IMG/VR virus record: IMGVR_UViG_3300037067_018912
Span: 224,001-288,000 of that record
Origin: a virus
Taxonomy: Duplodnaviria; Caudoviricetes
Direction: 5' to 3' (one strand)
DNA: 64,000 nucleotides
The notes under the pieces are model-generated. The model was not told the origin of the DNA and did no database searches. It saw only the letters and a list, made by a program, of their open reading frames with translations. Every line of letters starts with the position of its first letter. The stretch's first letter is position 1. Positions 48,300-56,439 of the stretch are shown in pieces. The position numbers and the translations under genes are program-made.

Positions 48300-48332
48300 A
48301 AAACCCCGAATAAAAAAATTCGGGGTTTTTTT
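48300..48332 (+). terminator. Intrinsic terminator
   Basis: AAACCCCGAAT...ATTCGGGGTTTTT. Confidence 0.85.
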
Positions 48333-48351
48333 AAAAATATATTGAAAAATT

Positions 48352-48382
48352 TTTGCAAATTAGTGTAACTGTTTTATCTTTG
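48352..48382 (+). promoter_or_regulatory. Bacteroidota-type promoter of tRNA operon 4
   Basis: TTTG(48352-55)-N19-TATCTTTG(48375-82). Confidence 0.8.
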
Positions 48383-48436
48383 CAACGTATTTAAGAGAAA
48401 CGATATTTTTCGTAAAATAATAACTTTAAATTTTCA

Positions 48437-48562
48437 ATGAAAACTTTAGCCACATATAGGCCAACGTCCGGATCGACAGAAAGTCGCAACGGGAATGCTA
48501 TATCCTGCTCATTTATTAATGACGGCAGAGGCATATACGGCATCGGGTTATTGTTTTCGTGA
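48437..48562 (+). CDS. Attenuator leader peptide 4 (Thr/Ser/Arg/Asn/Gly/Ile/Cys/Phe), MKTLATYRPTSGSTESRNGNAISCSFINDGRGIYGIGLLFS
   Basis: 41-aa ORF; 29 residues are T/S/R/N/G/I/C/F. Confidence 0.85.
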   Translation: MKTLATYRPTSGSTESRNGNAISCSFINDGRGIYGIGLLFS

Positions 48563-48589
48563 GAAAAAAAGGACAGTTAAAACTTAACG

Positions 48590-48624
48590 AAACCCGGTGT
48601 CAAAAGCACCGGGTTTTTTGTTTT
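48590..48624 (+). terminator. Attenuator terminator 4
   Basis: AAACCCGGTGT-CAAAA-GCACCGGGTTT plus T run; 5' arm pairs with GGCATCGGGTT (48539-49). Confidence 0.9.
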
Positions 48625-48662
48625 AGGGTTGTTGTGTATAGTTTTTTGGGTTCTTTTCATAC

Positions 48663-48733
48663 GTCGGGATAGTATAGTGGTAGTACGCTTGTGTGGTATT
48701 CAAGTGACACCAGTTCGAGTCTGGTTCTCGGCT
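48663..48733 (+). tRNA. tRNA-Thr(GGT)
   Basis: CTTGT-GT-GGT-AT-TCAAG. Confidence 0.75.
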
Positions 48734-48793
48734 CAACGAATATCAGTTGTGAAACTCATATTCATCGATTATAAGGTCACAACCTTATGATTG

Positions 48794-48806
48794 AGTTCTT
48801 TGACAT
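48794..48806 (+). promoter_or_regulatory. boxA-like antitermination element
   Basis: AGTTCTTTGACAT. Confidence 0.65.
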
Positions 48807-48817
48807 GCTGGAATTTT

Positions 48818-48898
48818 GAAGGGTTGCCTGAGTGGTTGAAAGGGACAGTCTGCAAAACTGTTAGGAAACTCACGTGGGTTCAAATCCCACACCCTTCT
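48818..48898 (+). tRNA. tRNA-Cys(GCA) with extended variable region
   Basis: ACAGT-CT-GCA-AA-ACTGT, U73. Confidence 0.85.
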
Positions 48899-48960
48899 CA
48901 AAAGCGATATTTTGCGAAAAGCATTGTTTTTCGGTACTTATTGCAAAATATCGCTCTTAT

Positions 48961-49032
48961 GGACTGGTGGCTCAGTGGTAGAGCGTCTGGCTGTTAACCA
49001 GAGGGTCGGGGGTTCAAATCCCTCTCAGTCCG
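48961..49032 (+). tRNA. tRNA-Asn(GTT)
   Basis: TCTGG-CT-GTT-AA-CCAGA. Confidence 0.92.
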
Positions 49033-49037
49033 CAAAT

Positions 49038-49111
49038 TGTCTCGTAGTTCAGTTGGTTAGAGCACATCCCTGATAAGGATGAAGTCGTGAGTTCAACTCT
49101 CACCGAGACAA
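49038..49111 (+). tRNA. tRNA-Ile(GAT)
   Basis: CATCC-CT-GAT-AA-GGATG. Confidence 0.92.
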
Positions 49112-49187
49112 CAAACCGCCCCCAGCGGTATATAAAATTATGAATAAGCAATGCGCATTTAGTGCTGTTCATATACTGGGGACGCAT

Positions 49188-49262
49188 TGGGTGGTAGTTC
49201 AGTCCGGTTAGAACGCATCTCTGATAAGGATGAAGTCGAGGGTTCAAATCCCCCCCTCCCAA
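49188..49262 (+). tRNA. tRNA-Ile(GAT)
   Basis: CATCT-CT-GAT-AA-GGATG. Confidence 0.85.
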
Positions 49263-49383
49263 CAAAAGGTTCGTAGTCCGAAAGCCTAACCAGCCGACGG
49301 GTGAAGTTTCCTTGGCGAAATTGATGTAAACAAGCACCTGTGGTGGGATTGCGATGTGCTGATAAAGTGACCGAAAACTTAAT

Positions 49384-49470
49384 GGAAGGTTGGCAGAGCG
49401 GTCGATTGCGCCTGTCTTGAAAACAGGTGTACATGCCAATGTACCGGGGGTTCGAATCCCTCACCTTCCG
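49384..49470 (+). tRNA. tRNA-Ser(TGA)
   Basis: CCTGT-CT-TGA-AA-ACAGG, long V arm. Confidence 0.92.
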
Positions 49471-49553
49471 CACTTGGCGTAACCACGGCACGAACCGTGA
49501 CTTCGGATTTGATCACCGATGAAGCATTTAATGTTGATGCAGTCATGATATTT

Positions 49554-49638
49554 GGAGAGTTGGCAGAATGGTCATTGCAACAGTCCCGAAAACTGTCGTC
49601 GTGAAAGCGGCGTGTAGGTTCGAATCCTATGCTCTCCG
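49554..49638 (+). tRNA. tRNA-Ser(CGA), C33
   Basis: ACAGT-CC-CGA-AA-ACTGT, long V arm. Confidence 0.88.
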
Positions 49639-49645
49639 CAAAATC

Positions 49646-49717
49646 GAGGAAGTAGCATTACATGGGTAGCGCAGGGGCGAAAACCCTGAGAGGTGGGTTC
49701 GATTCCTGCATTCCTCA
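49646..49717 (+). tRNA. tRNA-Phe(GAA), atypical
   Basis: CAGGG-GC-GAA-AA-CCCTG. Confidence 0.65.
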
Positions 49718-49726
49718 CTCAAACAT

Positions 49727-49815
49727 GGAAGGTTGACAGAGCGGTCTATTGTAACAGCCTGGAAAGTTGTCGTCGTGAAAGCGACGCAGGGGTTCGAATC
49801 CCTTACCTTCCGCCA
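49727..49815 (+). tRNA. tRNA-Ser(GGA)
   Basis: ACAGC-CT-GGA-AA-GTTGT, long V arm, CCA encoded. Confidence 0.9.
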
Positions 49816-50148
49816 AAATTGACTTTAATATTGGAACAAAAAGGATGTAGTGTCATGACACATTCTTCGGGGAGGTTCAAATCCTTCAGAGTCAGCAAAC
49901 GGGTTGGACTGCAATCCGACCTGTTCTCACAGGATGCTGTTACAATCGTATCATTGCAGTGATGTGGTTGATGCAAAATGTGCGAGTCCCTGTATGCATA
50001 AGATGCTGTCCTAATGTTCAGTAGCAATTCCTCTTTCGCACACATGGTTGGCAACATGAAATGTGTGAGTACGGTGTTGTTCAGAGACGTTTATGTTGGT
50101 TGCAATGCCTCCGGGTTCGTGGTATAAGGCCACAACAGGGACAAATAT

Positions 50149-50220
50149 GGAGTGGTAACTCAGCGGTAGAGTGCCTCCCTGAAGAGGAGGTGGTCGGGGG
50201 TTCAAATCCCTCTCACTCCA
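50149..50220 (+). tRNA. tRNA-Phe(GAA)
   Basis: CCTCC-CT-GAA-GA-GGAGG. Confidence 0.9.
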
Positions 50221-50556
50221 CAAAAAAGGCAGGTGGACGGATCAAATCCTGTTCCCGCAGGACAAGATTGCCGCCTTGGTGCGGACGTTCACAACGGGAC
50301 TGCCTTATACAGGTCGGGCAACCAGCGGGGTTGTTCGGGTAACTTCCTCACAAGGAATCCTGTAAAAACATTGATAAACGGGGATACCCCGCTGCGAAAG
50401 CAGTGCCCCGCCCATAAAACAGGCTTCACGAAGACCTCCAACTTTAGGTTGGTGGGCGGTCAAACGCCCGGTGAAAGGTTCGTATATCAACAGGCTCACG
50501 GAGTCCTCCAACTTAAAATTGGTGAATCTCAATAATTCAGTAAAAAGTCCGTAAAT

Positions 50557-50628
50557 GCGAGTATAGCACAACGGCCAGTGCGTCAGATTTCCAATCTGAG
50601 GATGTCAGTTCGATCCTGATTACTCGCT
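50557..50628 (+). tRNA. tRNA-Gly(TCC)
   Basis: TCAGA-TT-TCC-AA-TCTGA. Confidence 0.9.
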
Positions 50629-50635
50629 CAAACAT

Positions 50636-50715
50636 TCACGAATAACTCAGCGGTTAGAGTGCCTCGGCGGGCTTCGGCTACGAGGGAGTCGGGGGTTCAA
50701 ATCCCTCTTCGTGTA
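50636..50715 (+). ncRNA. tRNA-like RNA whose anticodon loop is replaced by a UUCG hairpin
   Basis: Canonical D and T arms; CCTCG-gcgggcttcggcta-CGAGG. Confidence 0.75.
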
Positions 50716-50767
50716 CAAAAGGTCTGAGGGAGTCCTTTGAAGGTATAAACAACCTGTCCCTCTCCAC

Positions 50768-50840
50768 GGTGGTGTGGCGCAATGGTCAGCGCAGGACTCT
50801 TATAAGGTCAAGGTTGGGGGTTCAAGTCCCTTCACCACTA
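50768..50840 (+). tRNA. tRNA-Ile(TAT)
   Basis: GACT-CT-TAT-AA-GGTC. Confidence 0.85.
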
Positions 50841-50847
50841 CAAAAAT

Positions 50848-50932
50848 GTTTGGTTAGTCAAGTGGCCGACGACAGCAGGCTGTTAACCTGCCGAGAGAAA
50901 TCCCATCGTAGGTTCGAATCCTACATCAAACG
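50848..50932 (+). tRNA. tRNA-Asn(GTT) with long variable region
   Basis: GCAGG-CT-GTT-AA-CCTGC then 16-nt V region. Confidence 0.8.
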
Positions 50933-50978
50933 CAAATCATTTCCAAACCCTTATAGTATTTATGTGAAAATTAATGAT

Positions 50979-51230
50979 ATGAAGAAGGTTTGGGAAAGTC
51001 TCAAGTGGTTTTTCAGCAGATGGATGCTCGTGTTGGTTGTGCTTATTGTATTGGGGATAATCGCAACGTTCATAATAAAATTCACAACACATACAGAAGA
51101 ACCATACAAAATTCCATTGTTCATCATCGGTGGTTGGGGGGTATTTGTCGTTCTCTTCACTTGGGTGAGAGAGATTTATTGGAAAATTGCAGGTAAAGGT
51201 GATTATGCTAAAAAGGACGAAAAGAAATGA
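50979..51230 (+). CDS. Small membrane protein (2 TM)
   Basis: MKKVWESLKW..., two hydrophobic segments. Confidence 0.7.
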   Translation: MKKVWESLKWFFSRWMLVLVVLIVLGIIATFIIKFTTHTEEPYKIPLFIIGGWGVFVVLFTWVREIYWKIAGKGDYAKKDEKK

Positions 51231-51604
51231 ATATAATTTCGATTCTATTATTCTTTTTCGCCGGGGTTTGCAATGCCTGCATGGATGTATTAAGAACGAG
51301 ATATAACACTTCTACATTTCGTTTTTGGCGGAATCAGAATTGGGTGAACCCGGCATTATCATGGCCGAATAAATGGAAGCCAAAGTCGAAATTCGGTGAT
51401 CTTATTATGTCGACAGTCCTTGTATGGGTAACTGATTTTTGGCATATGTGTAAAATGTTGATGATTCTTTGTTTTACAATGGGAGCGATTTTTTATCAAC
51501 CAATTTTTGACTTTTCAAAATTTTGGTTGGATTTGTTGATTTTATATTTTATATTCACAGGAACATTTGAACTGTTTTTCAGCAAAGTGCTAATAAAGAA
51601 ATGA
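51227..51604 (+). CDS. Membrane protein
   Basis: 125 aa, SWPNKWK...VWVTDFWHMCK. Confidence 0.75.
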   Translation: MNIISILLFFFAGVCNACMDVLRTRYNTSTFRFWRNQNWVNPALSWPNKWKPKSKFGDLIMSTVLVWVTDFWHMCKMLMILCFTMGAIFYQPIFDFSKFWLDLLILYFIFTGTFELFFSKVLIKK

Positions 51605-51635
51605 CAATCATGTAAAATAATAAAGGGACATATTG

Positions 51636-52544
51636 ATGATCAAGATTTTCAAAACTTTCGGCGGGTGCGAAAGCGCAACCAAATTGGAAAAGGGATGTTG
51701 GATAGATGTGATTCAACCTACACAAGACGAGATTGAAGAAATAATAAACGGTTTTAACCTGCCCCCCGATAGTATACAAGACATTCTTGACGCCGATGAA
51801 ATGCCCCGTCTTGAAATCGACGACACTTACACCTTGATCATCATGCGTATTCCGGTGGAGAATTCACAAAACGGAATACCTTATTACACAATACCTCTTG
51901 GAATTTTTGTGACGGAAGATTTCACAATCACGATTTGTAATCAGGACAATGAAATCATTCAACCGAAACAATTGAGTAGCACGGCGGACACATACAATTT
52001 TATTTTGAAATTTTTTGTCAGATCAGCGAGTGTTTTTTTGAAATACCTTAAACAAATCAATCAACAGACAAGTCAAATCGAAAAGGATTTGGAAGAATCA
52101 ATTAAGAACAGTGAATTGAAAAAACTGTTGAAGATGGAAAAATGCCTTGTGTACTTCATTACTGCAATAAAATCGAATGAAATCGTCCTTCACCGTTTAA
52201 AAAACTCGAAAAGGATCACGGGTGAAATCAATGAAGACCTTTATGAGGACGCATTGATTGAAAACAGGCAGGCACTTGAAATGGCGCAGATATATTCAGA
52301 CATCTTGAGCGGGATGATGGACGCATTTGCCTCGATCATTTCGAACAACCTAAATGTGATAATGAAGAAATTGACGCTCATTTCAATAATACTCATGATC
52401 CCGACCCTTATCGCAAGTATATTCGGAATGAACATTCCGAATTTCATGGAAGGTTCAAATTGGGCGTTGCCTTCAATAATAATATTATCCCTATCACTGT
52501 CTTTGATCAGTGTGAAACTGATGAGAAACAAGCAGTGGTTTTAA
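51636..52544 (+). CDS. corA: CorA-family Mg2+ transporter
   Basis: ISNNLNVIMKKLT...PTLIASIFGMN signature. Confidence 0.92.
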   Translation: MIKIFKTFGGCESATKLEKGCWIDVIQPTQDEIEEIINGFNLPPDSIQDILDADEMPRLEIDDTYTLIIMRIPVENSQNGIPYYTIPLGIFVTEDFTITICNQDNEIIQPKQLSSTADTYNFILKFFVRSASVFLKYLKQINQQTSQIEKDLEESIKNSELKKLLKMEKCLVYFITAIKSNEIVLHRLKNSKRITGEINEDLYEDALIENRQALEMAQIYSDILSGMMDAFASIISNNLNVIMKKLTLISIILMIPTLIASIFGMNIPNFMEGSNWALPSIIILSLSLSLISVKLMRNKQWF

Positions 52545-52548
52545 AAAT

Positions 52549-52632
52549 GCCGATATCGCATAGTTGGTCAATTGCGCCGCACTTGTAATGCGGAGAAGAA
52601 ATTCTTCGTGGGTTCGAATCCCGCTATCGGCT
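52549..52632 (+). tRNA. tRNA-Thr(TGT) with long variable arm
   Basis: CCGCA-CT-TGT-AA-TGCGG then AGAA-GAAA-TTCT. Confidence 0.85.
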
Positions 52633-52734
52633 CAAAAGTAGGTGAAAAAGCGAAAGGATAACCTTCGGTATCAGGAAAACCTTTCACGGGTGCGGGAATA
52701 GACCGACTTGAACCGCACCCCGCTTATTTAAGTT

Positions 52735-52806
52735 GCCGATATAGCACAGCGGTAGTGCACCTGTTTCGTAAACAGGGGGTCGCAGGTTCAAATCCCGCTA
52801 TCGGCT
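52735..52806 (+). tRNA. tRNA-Thr(CGT)
   Basis: CCTGT-TT-CGT-AA-ACAGG. Confidence 0.9.
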
Positions 52807-52846
52807 CAAATCCTTGCTATTCTCCCTAATTTTTCCTAATTTTAAT

Positions 52847-52918
52847 GCCTCTATAGTTCAAGGGACAGAACAGAAGTTTTCTAAACTTCCGATCATGGTT
52901 CGAGTCCATGTGGGGGTA
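52847..52918 (+). tRNA. tRNA-Arg(TCT)
   Basis: GAAGT-TT-TCT-AA-ACTTC. Confidence 0.9.
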
Positions 52919-52932
52919 CTAAATAAATTAAA

Positions 52933-53166
52933 ATGTATACAGTTATCTGCCCGAAATGCAAGAAGTCCTTCACTGTGTCGGGTGACACCGAATACGTTCT
53001 TTGTTGCGATGAGGTGATATTCATCCCATCTAATGGTCCTGAAATGAAAGGCATCACTTTCCAATGCATACAGGAGGGGTTAATGAGGGATGGACGCAAC
53101 GTCGACCGGATATTTCTTGGTGATCCAAATGAAAGTATTGCACCCGATCCATACGAAGGATTGTGA
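52933..53166 (+). CDS. Small Cys-containing protein
   Basis: CPKC...CC. Confidence 0.55.
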   Translation: MYTVICPKCKKSFTVSGDTEYVLCCDEVIFIPSNGPEMKGITFQCIQEGLMRDGRNVDRIFLGDPNESIAPDPYEGL

Positions 53167-53329
53167 TGCGTTTTACGGTAAAGAAAATGAACGGCAAGGT
53201 CGCCTTTATGAATGAAAACAAAAGGTGGGTCAAACTCAATGGTTACGCTTTCCTTGATGAATACGGCCATTGCATCATAATTGTTTATGGTGAAGCGAGA
53301 ATGAAAGATGTTGAAAAGTATTTAAGTAT

Positions 53330-53401
53330 GCCCCTGTAGTTCAATGGACAGAACGGAAGTTTCCTAAACTTTAAATTCGAGTTCGATTCTCGGTGGGGGT
53401 A
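53330..53401 (+). tRNA. tRNA-Arg(CCT)
   Basis: GAAGT-TT-CCT-AA-ACTTT. Confidence 0.88.
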
Positions 53402-53493
53402 CAAAAACAGACAAATATTATCCGTCAATATGCAAAAACGTATAATAACCGGATAATAAATATCCTTATATGTAAAAGCATATAATAACATTC

Positions 53494-53565
53494 GCTCCCG
53501 TAGTTCAACGGATAGAACGCAAGTTTCCGGAACTTGTGATGCAAGTTCGATTCTTGTCGGGAGTA
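53494..53565 (+). tRNA. tRNA-Arg(CCG)
   Basis: CAAGT-TT-CCG-GA-ACTTG. Confidence 0.9.
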
Positions 53566-53592
53566 CAAGGTATTTATGTGAAAAGTAAATCA

Positions 53593-54069
53593 ATGAACAA
53601 CACCAAATTGAATGAAGAGATTCTGACCGCATACCGGGGTGGTGGGGAAATGCCGAGTCAAAGAAGGCTTTGGTACTTTACAACAAACGTCAAATATGCA
53701 AATTGGTTCAAGAGATACGCTTCCCTTGGAAAAGGCAAATTGTTTAAAGCGGATATAAGCACGGACAACCTTCTCGATTTGAGGTTTGTGACAAAACAGT
53801 TGAATTATCTTGATCTTCATTACATTTTAAAAAACAATGGAATAAGACCACCAAAATTCGTAATTGAAAACATTGAAGCGGGTTATGGTGGATACAAAGG
53901 TAATCTTTGGGAGTTCTTGAAAGAAGACAATGAATTGTGGGACAACATCTCAGAGAAATACGACGGAGTTATTTTCACCGAGACGAATCCGGAAGCGAGA
54001 CATACGGGCAAGGCGGAGACTATAATAATTGATATGATCAAGCACCCGGTCGAATATGAAGAAGTATAA
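53593..54069 (+). CDS. ADP-ribosyltransferase-like protein (tentative)
   Basis: AYRG...WYFTT..KYA...YDGVIF pattern. Confidence 0.5.
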   Translation: MNNTKLNEEILTAYRGGGEMPSQRRLWYFTTNVKYANWFKRYASLGKGKLFKADISTDNLLDLRFVTKQLNYLDLHYILKNNGIRPPKFVIENIEAGYGGYKGNLWEFLKEDNELWDNISEKYDGVIFTETNPEARHTGKAETIIIDMIKHPVEYEEV

Positions 54070-54072
54070 TAT

Positions 54073-54146
54073 GCACCTGTAGTGTAACTGGACAACACGT
54101 CTGACTACGGATCAGGAGATTGAGGGTTCGAATCCTTTCAGGTGTA
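54073..54146 (+). tRNA. tRNA-Arg(ACG)
   Basis: TCTGA-CT-ACG-GA-TCAGG. Confidence 0.92.
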
Positions 54147-54256
54147 CTAAAACCATAAGCCTATAGTCCAATATTCGAGAGTAACTTCTCAGAAGGGCAC
54201 GGTGTACAACGGAATTCAGGTATGAAATCCTGATGGGAACAACTTATGGTTTAATT

Positions 54257-54329
54257 GCAGAAATGGCGCAATCGGTAGCGCATGGCCTTCCCAAGGCCAG
54301 GGTTGCGGGTTCGAGACCCGTTTTCTGCT
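54257..54329 (+). tRNA. tRNA-Gly(CCC)
   Basis: TGGCC-TT-CCC-AA-GGCCA. Confidence 0.92.
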
Positions 54330-54337
54330 CAAATTTT

Positions 54338-54412
54338 GCGGGAATAGCACAGTGGTAGTGCGTTTGCTTGCCAAGCAAAAGGTCGTGAGTTCAAGCCTCA
54401 TTTCCCGCTCCA
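54338..54412 (+). tRNA. tRNA-Gly(GCC)
   Basis: TTTGC-TT-GCC-AA-GCAAA, CCA encoded. Confidence 0.92.
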
Positions 54413-54413
54413 T

Positions 54414-54486
54414 GCGAGATTAGCACAGTTGGTTAGTGTATCGGCTTGCCATGCCGGGAACGTGGGTTCGAATCCCATATCTTGCT
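54414..54486 (+). tRNA. tRNA-Gly(GCC)
   Basis: TCGGC-TT-GCC-AT-GCCGG. Confidence 0.88.
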
Positions 54487-54501
54487 CAAAATTATGTTGT
54501 T

Positions 54502-55215
54502 ATGTCATTTACTTTTACACTTAAATCAACAGGAGAAGAGATAACACTCCCAACACCAAGCGGTGGTCCGGTTGAAATTGACTCTTTACCTTCCGAACCA
54601 TTGGAAATGAAGTACAGGACGATCGTGGTATCTGACCTGCACATTTTCAGAGATGATTCGAAATACAAAGAGTGTTTTAAATTTTTGATATACAATCCCT
54701 CGGAGAAGATCATCCTGAACGGTGATATCTTCGATTTCCTGCACCTGCTCAAGCATTGGTCGAATTATAAAAAGTACAAATACGTCATGCGAGGGTTCAG
54801 GATATTCATGAAGGAGAGGGGGACAAAGGTGATCTTCCTCGTCGGCAATCACGACTATCATTATTACCTGTTGAAGATCATACAACCCTTCCTGGGGATC
54901 AAAATTAGAAAATTTTATACTTTCGAATCAATTGCCGGGAGGATTCATGCCACACACGGAGATTGGATACCCTACGTGTTAAAGATCAAAAGGTTCTTCA
55001 ATAAAACAATCAAGATATCCGGCAACGAGGATGATGATTACGTCCTCTACGGATTATTAAAGAAATACAATGTCCTCATTTGCGGACACACACATGAACC
55101 GCTGTACAGGATTTACAACAACCTCCTCTACATCAACACAGGCGATTGGGTGAGCGATAACATGGCCGCCGTGGAAGAATTCGACGGGAGTTGGCATTTG
55201 ATACAAACACAATAA
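54502..55215 (+). CDS. Calcineurin-like metallophosphoesterase (LpxH-like)
   Basis: SDLH, NGDIFD, GNHD, HGD, CGHTH, YINTGDWV. Confidence 0.88.
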   Translation: MSFTFTLKSTGEEITLPTPSGGPVEIDSLPSEPLEMKYRTIVVSDLHIFRDDSKYKECFKFLIYNPSEKIILNGDIFDFLHLLKHWSNYKKYKYVMRGFRIFMKERGTKVIFLVGNHDYHYYLLKIIQPFLGIKIRKFYTFESIAGRIHATHGDWIPYVLKIKRFFNKTIKISGNEDDDYVLYGLLKKYNVLICGHTHEPLYRIYNNLLYINTGDWVSDNMAAVEEFDGSWHLIQTQ

Positions 55216-55222
55216 GAACGGT

Positions 55223-55537
55223 ATGAAAGGGATCATAAAATACAATACCAGGTTTTACAAAAAATCTGATAAACCCCTCAAAGAGGGTGATTTAGTTAAA
55301 CTTGAATGTAAAAGAGGTAGCGATTATTTCAAATACAATGGAATATATACCGTCAACAAATGGAACGAAATATTAGTTCCACTTAAAGAAGAAAACGGTA
55401 AAAAATATAATCTTTGTATTAAACTTGGATACAACGTTTTTAAACACGAGGAATACTCCAAATTGGTTGAGGTTCAAAGAAGGAAGTCCCTTCCAAAACC
55501 AGTGAAAGAAGAACAAATGTGTGGTTATACAATATGA
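55223..55537 (+). CDS. Hypothetical protein
   Basis: 104-aa ORF. Confidence 0.6.
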   Translation: MKGIIKYNTRFYKKSDKPLKEGDLVKLECKRGSDYFKYNGIYTVNKWNEILVPLKEENGKKYNLCIKLGYNVFKHEEYSKLVEVQRRKSLPKPVKEEQMCGYTI

Positions 55538-55554
55538 TCTACCCCACCACACAA

Positions 55555-55813
55555 AAAACATAGCACAGAGGATTCATCGCTTGTTCAATAAAATCGTCTG
55601 TTCACTGTACGTGAACATTCAAAAATATTGAACAAGAGGAAGTTCGGGACACCACTGCTGAAGGCGGGAGATTCAACGCTAATCGGGATCGCCAATACCG
55701 CCGAGGGTGCAAGCCAAACAGTTTGAGACGGTGAGCAGGTCTTTGAGAACGGGTTGGTGCGTAGATAAATGATGATTAACAACAGAATCCCGGCTACGCT
55801 CATGCTATGTTTT
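55555..55813 (+). ncRNA. rnpB: RNase P RNA with strongly reduced specificity domain
   Basis: P1 AAAACATAGCA/TGCTATGTTTT; P2 TCATC/GATGA; P3 CTTGTTCAATA/TATTGAACAAG; P4 strands GAGGAAGTTCGGGAC and AGATAAATGA...ACAGAATCCCGGCTA. Confidence 0.85.
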
Positions 55814-55969
55814 AAAATTTTTGACGAATGAATCGAAATCAGTGACGAATGGATGAGAATCATTAATGAAATTAATGTGTTTTAGTCATAATTTAGTCTT
55901 GAAACTCTTATCATTGTAACAAGTCCGGTTTTTTTTCGTATCTTTGTCAGGTAATCAAAACAATCTTGC

Positions 55970-56281
55970 ATGACAACATTATTGAAAAAGGATATCAAAC
56001 GGGAGACGTTCTCCGTAACAGACTTCAAAGGCAACGTAATGATCGTTACCCTAAAAGCGGGTGACATGATCGAGTTCAGAGCGAAAGGTAAGAGGATCAA
56101 GTACGAAGTACCGCTTGCCGCCTGTTTCAACTTGGCAATGATCTATTCCGCACACGAGCGATATAAGGAAAGGATTAAACGCTACGAGGATGGTCGCAAG
56201 GAAGGCCGGAAAATGAAAAGGCCAAGATTGATGCCAAGGATTTTCAATGAAAGATTGTATCAGGCATTGAAATTAATTTAA
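55970..56281 (+). CDS. Hypothetical protein
   Basis: 103-aa ORF with TATCTTTG promoter-like site upstream. Confidence 0.7.
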   Translation: MTTLLKKDIKRETFSVTDFKGNVMIVTLKAGDMIEFRAKGKRIKYEVPLAACFNLAMIYSAHERYKERIKRYEDGRKEGRKMKRPRLMPRIFNERLYQALKLI

Positions 56282-56439
56282 TATATTTGTGTTATGACAT
56301 CGGAGAGTAAGAGAAAGAAGGAGAAAAACAACACGCATAGTGCCAACGGGTTTGCGTTGAAAGAGCATGAATGTAAAATGAAAAGAGCATTGTATTTCAA
56401 TTCATCAAAAAGACAAAAACTCAAAAAAATCGACACCGA

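Noticed and set aside
55585-55863. 92-aa minus-strand ORF from the track
   Set aside because: It is antisense to the RNase P RNA-like structure, which explains the sequence better
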